Notes under the pieces: model-generated
What the model was told of the DNA's origin: nothing
Databases searched by the model: none
The model's input: the letters and a program-made list of their open reading frames with translations, nothing else
In this document: positions 12,015 to 20,343 of the stretch, piece after piece
How positions within the stretch are numbered: position 1 is the first letter of the stretch
Layout: each line of letters starts with the position of its first letter
Assembly: GCA_002269645.1 (NCBI GenBank)
Contig: NIVC01004628.1
Coordinates: forward strand, 1-40,237
Direction of reading: 5' to 3'
DNA: 40,237 bases
DNA from: Macrostomum lignano
Taxonomy: Eukaryota
Position numbers and translations under genes: made by a program

Positions 12015-12790
12015 AATATGACGTCTAAAACACCCAATGTGACGCTCTCAAGATCGACACCCAATGTAATGTCTCTCCAGTCACCCAATGTGACGTCTCT
12101 CTAGTCACCCAATGTGACATCTCTCAAGACACCCAATGTGACGTCTCTCAAGACACCCAATGTGACGTCTCTCCAGTCACCCAATATGACGTCTCTCCAG
12201 TCACCCAATGTAATGTCTCTCCAGTCACCCAATGTGACGTCTCTCTAGTCACCCAATGTGACATCTCTCAAGACACCCAATGTGACGTCTCTCAAGACAC
12301 CCAATGTGACGTCTCTCCAGTCACCCAATATGACGTCTCTCCAGTCACCCAATGTGACGTCTCTCTAGTCACCCAATGTGACATCTCTCAAGACACCCAA
12401 TGTGACGTCTCTCCAGTCACCCAATGTGACGTCTCTCAAGACACCCAATGTGACTACTCTCAAGACACCCAATATGACGTCTCTCCAGTCACCCAATGTG
12501 ACGTCTCTCAAGACACCCAATGTGACTACTCTCAAGACACCCAATATGACGTCTCTCCAGTCACCCAATGTGACGTCTCTCAAGACACCCAATATGACGT
12601 CTCTCCAGTCACCCAATGTGACGTCTCTCCAGTCACCCAATGTTACGTCTCTCAAGACACCCAATGTGACGTCTCTCAAGACACCCAATGTGACGTCTCT
12701 CAGACACCCTATGTGACGTCGCTCCAGTCATCTAATTGGACGTCTCTCTAATCACAGTGAGCCATCTCTCGAGTAAACCCAATGTAACGT
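12015..12790. repeat. Intronic 24-bp minisatellite CACCCAATGTGACGTCTCTC(AAGA/CAGT)
   Basis: About 30 units; variant order repeats with a 6-unit (144 bp) period in the 5' half. Confidence 0.95.
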
Positions 12791-12971
12791 CTCTTAAGGC
12801 ACCCATATCATGACTTTTAAGTCCCAACAGGTGTAAGGTATCCTACAGGTATCCTATAAGATGAATTCATTTATTTTAGATACATTTATGTCCATGTAGT
12901 AAGAAATGTACTCACTTATCCTACTTATGTACTTAAACCTACATGCAATTAAATTCTCAACACAAATCCAG

Positions 12972-13199
12972 AAACGAGTGTCCAAAACCGGGGACATCAT
13001 CAGACTGGCTATCAACGGTGTCTGCTATGAGAACGACTCCACATTCTGCTGTCAGGAGAGTCTCTGCAACAGTTCGTCGCCCAAAGTCTTGTCTAGTTAC
13101 CATGGTAACTGTTCCTGCAAGCTGAGGCGCTTCTTGTGGAATTTTTCCGGAATTTTGCCGCTTTCGTTGGTGTATTTTATTAAGCAGTGTGAACTCTAA
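12972..13199 (+). CDS. Ly6/uPAR protein, exon 2 (joined product ~140 aa, probably GPI-anchored)
   Basis: Acceptor ...AAATCCAG at 12971, phase 0 in frame with exon 1; CCQESLCN LU-domain hallmark; 8 domain cysteines in the joined protein; hydrophobic C-terminus. Confidence 0.8.
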   Translation, partial: KRVSKTGDIIRLAINGVCYENDSTFCCQESLCNSSSPKVLSSYHGNCSCKLRRFLWNFSGILPLSLVYFIKQCEL

Positions 13200-14709
13200 T
13201 TTTAATTCATTTTTAAGTTTGTAAGTGTTTCAGTTGACACGTTTTTTTTAAATTTCATTCAATGCTCAGCTAATGTTTATCTGCTGCAGAAAAAACTTCC
13301 AAATGCAATATACGAGCTCCGTACTACCTGCACTTTCGTAATCCTATGGGAAATTACTTTGGTACTTTGGCTGCAGGGGAGCGCCGGGAATTGGGTTGAG
13401 TTTGTCCCGACTAAATGTGGGGCCAGTAGCTGGTGAAGTGTGCTCCGCATTCTCAACACCAGAGAGGCAGAATGGGCCAGCATTTCTCACTGCGGATTTT
13501 CCCCTGAATAAGGTACAGGTAGAGCGATGACTTGAGAGAGGGGCATGGTGGTGACCGCCCTTAGATGTCTTGCGTTTGAGATCACCAAGCAGGGCCCTAC
13601 GAGACTATGGAGAGGGACTGGGGATAGACGTGCAGGACTGGCCGGAACTCCCAGTCGGGGGAAGGGGCTCTGGGAAGTCTACCCGAATATACGCGACATG
13701 CAGCAGATTAATCTGCCTGATTTATAATCTCCCGCTGCGTTTTAATAGATGTATATTGGCCTCTCCGAATAGCTGCATAAGAATGCTATTTATATATTTC
13801 GTCGTACTATTCTGAGCAGATCTCCGAAGAATAATAACTTTGTCCTGAAATTGATGTACAGTATTATGTATAGACCTCTCTCAATACAAATAATTTAATT
13901 TGTACTTCTACATTCAAATATCTTTACCAATACACCATTTAGTAGGTTTAATCTGTAGTACGTTAAAGTACTGCAGTGTGTAATAGATCATGTGAAATTT
14001 TAATTTCAATTGTGTTAGCCATGCATATGTGCATGCATCTTTGTGATTGACATGGAATTTCTCGATTATTAATCTTCAATGTACACGTTATAAAGTAGCT
14101 ATATAACTGTAGTTTAAGCACACGGATGCATCTGTCACAATCCACGAATTTGTACAGCATCCAAAGCATGTATAGGAGCTATTATTCATGAGGAGATACA
14201 CGAATGCCTGCAGAGAGATAGGACATAGACAAAAGCGAAACTTAAGGAAACGAGAGAGAGGCTTTGGCAAACAGTCAATGGGAGAATTGAATTGATAGTA
14301 GTACATCAATGCGTTGATAAGTGGTTTGTGTGTGCATTCTCTCAATGCACAACACATAGCTCGTACAGTGTACATTACAAGGGAATGTGATATATTATTG
14401 CACCTTTCTTATACAGAGAGTAGCTCTATTGGTATTCTTAAAAGCTCTTCGTTCAGAAAATTAGTGTTCTATATTATACATGATCGTGTACAAGTGGTCG
14501 TAAAGTAAAATAAAAAATTGTTATTTAATGATAAAGTTATATATAAGTTATAAATTATAATTGCTTACGATATTATCCGTAATCAGTGATATCGGTATCA
14601 TAATCAGTAACAAGGTACTGAACATAAAAAGAGCAGAAAATGAAAGATAAAAAGAATACGTAGTATGTGTATCGCAAACGTGAGGATGTACGAGCTTCAT
14701 TATTATTAT

Positions 14710-15551
14710 TATAAGACTTAGAAATCTGAACGGAATTTAAGAGTTCGCTAGCAGAAAGCTAAAAACCAAAAATAGCAACAGCAGAAAGTGCGAGCAAGCG
14801 AAAAGGAGAATGATTAGACAAAATCCGCCCCCAGAGATCAACTATTCATTTCAGCGCAGGCCCGGTTCGGCATGACAGCAGCTGTGCCGACGTGGAGCTG
14901 CCTGACACCGGATCCGCAGAGGCGCTGACGTGGAACCGCCTGAGACCGGACCCGCAGCTGTGCTGACGTGGAGCTCCCGGAATCAACCCGGCCTACCCCG
15001 ACCTGCAGCTGCCTGCATCGACCCAACCCAGCAGAAACTGGAGCCGCCCGGACCCGATCGGGAACGAGATCGAGAGGAGGCCGAGTCCGCACAAGAAGGC
15101 GGGATCGATGAAAGAAAAGGGGTTGGCGTGCCTGCCAACCAACTAGTTTAATGACAATAACGGTACTAGACTCGAGGCTGCGACCTCACTCACCCCAAAT
15201 TCCCATGCGTACTGTTGCTATGGTATTTTCTTCCCCTCGGATCGAGGGTTTTAAAGACATTATATATATCGGAGCGGAGCGCGGAAAAAGAATCGCCGCG
15301 CGAGTCAGTTAGAGATTCTATTTGAATTCCGTTACGTTAAACACATTAGAAAACTCATAGTGTTTGTGTTATTTCTTGAGTAGAATCTAAGATAAGGATC
15401 CCGAGAGATCATCACAGCCAGCCAGTATACTGAGTGTCGATAGTCGTTAGGAGTTATAGCCTTCAAGACATCCAGACTGCAATAATCCGCTAGACCAATT
15501 ATACGAAAAATATAAGTAAAGACAAGAGACATCAAAACTTGAAGCGCTATA
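14710..15551 (+). repeat. 5' LTR (842 bp)
   Basis: Direct repeat of 26478-27320; begins TATAAG, ends GCGCTATA; TATATATA box at ~15261; U3 direct repeats containing TGACGT/CGACGT at ~14877-14978. Confidence 0.95.
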
Positions 15552-15553
15552 CG

Positions 15554-15566
15554 TGGTTCCCAGACC
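15554..15566 (+). promoter_or_regulatory. Primer binding site, probably tRNA-Glu
   Basis: TGGTTCCCAGACC 2 nt after the LTR; 12/13 match to the complement of the vertebrate tRNA-Glu(CTC) 3' end (...GGTCAGGGAACCA) as recalled. Confidence 0.7.
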
Positions 15567-16761
15567 TACGAGTCATCTATCGAGCAGTCTACACTTTTCA
15601 ACCTGACGACATCGACCAGTAATGGCTGAGTAATTTCCGACGGTGGAGGAAGGAACGCGGAAGGCCAGGATGAGTGCTGTCATACAATTGTTTCTCTACT
15701 AAGTAAACTATACATCGTGTCGTAAGAGGACATGTGCGTTTCTCATTGAAAAAGCTCAAAAAAATTCGATAAAATTCTAAAAACAAACAAAAAAGTAGAA
15801 TAGTTATGTACAAAGTTACGGTATGATTTTCCTTAGAAGAGAAATATTTAGCGGCTGGTGAAGCAAATCACCAAGGCCGCACATCAATAGCGAGGGGCTA
15901 CCAGGAAGTTGTTTTAATAGGACCATGGTCGAATTATCATGAAAGGTGTACTCATTTAAAGAATTCAGGCAGCGCTGACCAGCATTATCACATATTAAAG
16001 CTTATGCTCTAAAGGAGCGTTTGCAGGAGCCGGCCGACTCATCACAGGTAAAGGACCTGTCAAGTGAATTGCAGCATTAAAAGTACACCGTATAGGGCTT
16101 TTCATTGTTATAGCGCGCTTCAATAGGCTCAGTAGGATAGTAGACCTTCTGAGGAGAGTTATACTCTTGGCACTAAGGACTGCGCGGACACAGAGGGGGG
16201 AAGAACTCACTTAGGCACTATGCATTGCGTCTATCTGACTTAGCTCCCCAGCAAACGTGACAGCCCGCCCATAGCGCTGATGATCTACTACACAGCGTGG
16301 CAGGGTAAGTATTTGTGCCCCCAACCTAGGTAGCCAGTCCATGAGACAACCTCGAGGCATTTCTTAAGGCAGATTGAAATGCATAGCCCAACTAGCCAAT
16401 AAGGCGGAAAGCGGAAAAGCAAAATGCTTGGTCGCTAAGAGTGCATGTGTATAAAATGCTGCAACCATATTATTTAGCCTCGCGCATATCTACGACAAGC
16501 GAGACAAAAATGCACTCATTTATTTGCAAAAAGCAAGAAAATTTACATATTGACTGCACCACCTGGCCGGAAACGTATCCGACACCTCTACCCCTTTTCT
16601 CATATTTGAATTCCAATTAAAACTTTGTGAGATCTTAGATAGATCAGAGCACACACTGACAAACTACTTTGTTGAAGTCAAGCTGATTAAATACGCATCA
16701 TTTACATTCATATCATTTGCGGCCAACTCCGCAAAGAACTAATAGACCGGAATATCAGCAT

Positions 16762-19700
16762 ATGAATAACGGAGATCTAAACCAAGACATTCAAACAGGT
16801 ACTAACAGAACTCCAGAACCCGGAGACGCCGATCAGCAACAACTGTCACACGACCAGTTAGATCAGCCAGAAGACCACAACGACGAGTGGGAAGACAACA
16901 ACGAGCATTCATCAGACTCGGACAACGAGGACAACACAATGGAAGATCTCCAGAACCAAGTCCGAGAACTACAGCAGCGTCTCGCCATGGTACATGGCAG
17001 GGACCTACCAGCCATTGTCCAGGCTCTCAAGTTATCGGCAGGAGACTACGAGATGGGACAGCCATTTGTCAAATGGCTGACTGAATTCGAGCTCCAGACA
17101 GCGACATATGGTCTAACGGACGAAGAGAAGTGCCGACTACTACCACTTATGTTGCGCCCTAACGCACGTAATCAATACGCAGGACTCCCACAAGCCGTCC
17201 GAGAGGATTACGGACGGGTGCGAACGCAACTCCGAGAGCTGTATGACACTAGAGCGATGGACCGACCCACGGCAGTACTCCAACTTTCCATGAGGAGGAT
17301 GCATCCAGGAGAGGATGTTAACAAGTTCATCGCCGACATCACACAACTAGTCGAGAACTCAGTGTTCCAAGAACCAGCGCCGGAGGGTGAGAATGAGAAC
17401 GACAGAGGCGCAAGAATCAACCGCAACAAACGCATAGTCCAGGACCACATTATGCTGCACGTGCAACAGAATGCCACACCGGCATTGCGACTATATCTAG
17501 CCAGAGGACGTTACCAGACAGTCCCGGAGATGGTGCGCGAAGCACTTCAATGGCAAGCATTGCGAGAGTTGGAACAGGACTCCAACGACGTACGCAAGCT
17601 GACAGCCATGGTAGCACAGATGGAGACTACAATCAGGCAAGCGGACCGGCGCACCCAAGATCGAGCTCAACAGCCACAGAAGGAAACCGCAACCAAGTAC
17701 CCAGACGGCAATCCGAGGCTGACATGCCAACTCTGTGACAAGATAGGCCACACAGCCAACAAGTGCTACCAAAGGAACGGGAACCTCGGTAAGAATACCG
17801 GGGGCCAAGTGCAGTCACAGGGCAGACAAGATCGAGGTAACATTAAGTGCAACAAATGCGGAAAGAGAGGCCACTTTGCAAAGGAGTGCAGAGGCCAGCG
17901 ATATTGCAAGAACTGTAACATGCACAACCATTGGACAACGGAATGCGGCCGACAACGCCAGGGTGATCAAGGACGGCATCAACAGCAATGGCAGCAGCCA
18001 AAGCGGATCGCTGAAGTCACGGTCCAGGACCCCAGTCCGCAGCCAGCCCAACTGGCGAGTGAGTCTAGCCAGACAGCACATATCTTGGCAGTCAGCACGT
18101 CGGAAGAGACAACGCCGACAAGGACAAGAAGCGACGTCATACAAGCAAGACGACAGAACAGGAAGAACAAGACGGCGACAATCGCCCTAGTTCAGACCGC
18201 TCCACAGCTCGAAGGACGAAAGCGAGAGCACAGGGCTAGAAAGGCTAGTGATGGCTGGAAGGCACCAGCCGGACCGATATGCGCACTCCTGCTAAAAATA
18301 CTACTCTTCGCATTGCTCTGCACCACGGCGGAGACGATAAACCCAAGACACCAGAACTGGGTGGACACACCGATGTACTGTCCGGAGCCCTCCAGGCCAC
18401 AGATCTTCAAGCTGCCACCGGACATCGAGTGCAAGATGCCTAGCAGCATACAGCAGCACCGACAGCCGATCAACCTGACAATCTTTAGACCAAACCAGGT
18501 CACTCACCGATCAACACTCAAGATCTGTTACCGAGAAACGTATGTCTTCACCAGCGTAGCACTAAAAACGATTGCCGCTAAAGTGATAAGACCAGAAATG
18601 ACTGTTACGGTGCAGAAACATCTAGTTTCAGAGGAAGATTGTGAGTCCTGGGAGGAAGGTTACCGAACTCCAGATGGCATCCTTGAAGAAGATGGGAAAG
18701 CCCCGAACAAAGCTGAACGCTTTACTACTCACATCTGGACAACAGAGGAATTCGACCCAACGGCTAGTACCCAAACTAGATATACGAAATCCGCGTCCAC
18801 GCTGATAACGAAAATTCCGTTCTTCGTGGAGAATAAGAAAATGTCATCGCTATATATCCCACTAGGACATTGCAATTACACCATAGGAAAATGTCTTCAC
18901 GAGTCCACTCTACAGGCCGAGAAGGATGCACCGTTGGAGAGACAAGTACCCAACAAACTATGGGAAGCTCTGAGATACTACGACACACAATTCAAGGTCG
19001 CTGGAGAACGCCAGTACAGATATGCCTGGACACCCAGCGCCGCAATTGACTGCCCGTACCAGGAAGACAGGCGAATTGAAGGAACCATACACACAGGATG
19101 GTTCATGTCCAAGGACGCTACCTACGCTTTGACTTTTAAACACCCACCACACTCAATGGAGCTGAAATGCGGAGGAACGACAACTAAACTATTCAGGTCA
19201 GAACAAGGAAAGTTGGTTAAACTAGAAGGATCCGAAGCAGAATTCTTATCGATAGTACAAGGTAATTTTAATAACTCGAGCACAGCAAAGAGGGCAAAGA
19301 GAGACGTGGTATCACAGGAAACTCTAGCAGTGAAATTACAGAGTGTTGAACTTACAATGGAAAATAGAATTGGTGATCTGACTCGTCATGTAATCCTTCA
19401 GCAATGCCGACTCCAACAGACCATTTTTAGATACATTAAAGACTTTATAAGGATGCAACCAACACTAGCGGTGAGGACACTGTTCAAAGACGAGCACCTC
19501 AAGGCCAGAACGATAGCTCAGCATGTTGTCATCTTCAAATGCATCCCAGTGACCGACTTCGAATTCCATCAACCATACTGGAATCAAAGCCGATGTTTCT
19601 CCAAACCTCCGCTGAAGTACAAAGTAGCGGAGACCAACCGTACAGGATTTTTGGACGTAAGAACCATGGAAATTGAGACGGAACACCCCACTTTTCAGGA

Positions 19701-20343
19701 TTGTTCGAATCGAACTGGATACCTGTTACCCAAAGAGGACAAAGTGTACAAGGTCGACTCAAATTTCACCAGCTTCGAACTTATACAGGTAAAGAAATTG
19801 AAGAACGAAGATTGGGGAATAGAGGCTATGAAATTACCTAATATCAAACGGATTATCTTTACACCAGAAACAGATATTAAAATAGAAGAAATCCGAAGGC
19901 CAATTACAGTGCACGATCTGTACACGCAGATGAAGGACCAGAGAGAATTTCTGAGAACGGTATTTAAACTACCAAAGCAGAAGACTTCACAGACGCTCGA
20001 CCTCCCACCATTGGAAGCAAACATAGCCCTCAAAACTTATGACTTCGCATCTTGGATGCCGTGGATAGGCATAAAACTCAATATTTTCAACATAGCCGTT
20101 GGAGCTGCCGCTCTCTGGGTATACTTCTGCATCATACTCAAAACCATAATAGCTTGTCACAGGCTCTATCGGAAAAAGTACGAGCGACCAGGAATTCGGG
20201 CAATTCAAAGACGGATAAAGGCGACGCGAGAACAACACGAATTGTTAGTACAGCCAAGCACGGACACTAACTACAGACACACGGGCCCACGCCGCCCAGC
20301 ACAGAGGCACCAGCCACAAATAAGGAACAGCATCAACCGATGA
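16762..20343 (+). CDS. gag-env: Gag-Env fusion polyprotein (1193 aa from first ATG): capsid, three CCHC knuckles, internal signal peptide, class III gB-like glycoprotein, TM, tail
   Basis: Gypsy-type capsid region; CQLCDKIGHTANKC, CNKCGKRGHFAKEC, CKNCNMHNHWTTEC; hydrophobic ICALLLKILLFALLCTTA (18277-18330); 12 ectodomain Cys; at least 7 N-X-S/T sequons; furin site RAKR (19291-19302); TM 20083-20139. No stop or frameshift between gag and env. The track extends the ORF to a TTG at 16717. Confidence 0.92.
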   Translation: MNNGDLNQDIQTGTNRTPEPGDADQQQLSHDQLDQPEDHNDEWEDNNEHSSDSDNEDNTMEDLQNQVRELQQRLAMVHGRDLPAIVQALKLSAGDYEMGQPFVKWLTEFELQTATYGLTDEEKCRLLPLMLRPNARNQYAGLPQAVREDYGRVRTQLRELYDTRAMDRPTAVLQLSMRRMHPGEDVNKFIADITQLVENSVFQEPAPEGENENDRGARINRNKRIVQDHIMLHVQQNATPALRLYLARGRYQTVPEMVREALQWQALRELEQDSNDVRKLTAMVAQMETTIRQADRRTQDRAQQPQKETATKYPDGNPRLTCQLCDKIGHTANKCYQRNGNLGKNTGGQVQSQGRQDRGNIKCNKCGKRGHFAKECRGQRYCKNCNMHNHWTTECGRQRQGDQGRHQQQWQQPKRIAEVTVQDPSPQPAQLASESSQTAHILAVSTSEETTPTRTRSDVIQARRQNRKNKTATIALVQTAPQLEGRKREHRARKASDGWKAPAGPICALLLKILLFALLCTTAETINPRHQNWVDTPMYCPEPSRPQIFKLPPDIECKMPSSIQQHRQPINLTIFRPNQVTHRSTLKICYRETYVFTSVALKTIAAKVIRPEMTVTVQKHLVSEEDCESWEEGYRTPDGILEEDGKAPNKAERFTTHIWTTEEFDPTASTQTRYTKSASTLITKIPFFVENKKMSSLYIPLGHCNYTIGKCLHESTLQAEKDAPLERQVPNKLWEALRYYDTQFKVAGERQYRYAWTPSAAIDCPYQEDRRIEGTIHTGWFMSKDATYALTFKHPPHSMELKCGGTTTKLFRSEQGKLVKLEGSEAEFLSIVQGNFNNSSTAKRAKRDVVSQETLAVKLQSVELTMENRIGDLTRHVILQQCRLQQTIFRYIKDFIRMQPTLAVRTLFKDEHLKARTIAQHVVIFKCIPVTDFEFHQPYWNQSRCFSKPPLKYKVAETNRTGFLDVRTMEIETEHPTFQDCSNRTGYLLPKEDKVYKVDSNFTSFELIQVKKLKNEDWGIEAMKLPNIKRIIFTPETDIKIEEIRRPITVHDLYTQMKDQREFLRTVFKLPKQKTSQTLDLPPLEANIALKTYDFASWMPWIGIKLNIFNIAVGAAALWVYFCIILKTIIACHRLYRKKYERPGIRAIQRRIKATREQHELLVQPSTDTNYRHTGPRRPAQRHQPQIRNSINR

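Noticed and set aside
13490-13830. Possible solo LTR or other TE fragment
   Set aside because: GC-rich then TATA-like composition is suggestive, but I found no termini, TSD or second copy.
14710-14713. TATA as a 4-bp TSD with an AGAC...GCGC LTR
   Set aside because: TATA is also present at both internal LTR junctions (15548-15551 and 26478-26481), so it belongs to the LTR.
14838-15151. 84-aa and 73-aa ORFs in the LTR (duplicated at 26606-26919)
   Set aside because: Non-ATG starts, GC-rich regulatory repeats, no recognisable motif; identity between copies only reflects LTR duplication.
20283-20289. G-GGC-CCA as a -1 frameshift site
   Set aside because: In phase, but CCC in the second triplet is not a canonical eukaryotic slippery sequence; kept only as a minor alternative.
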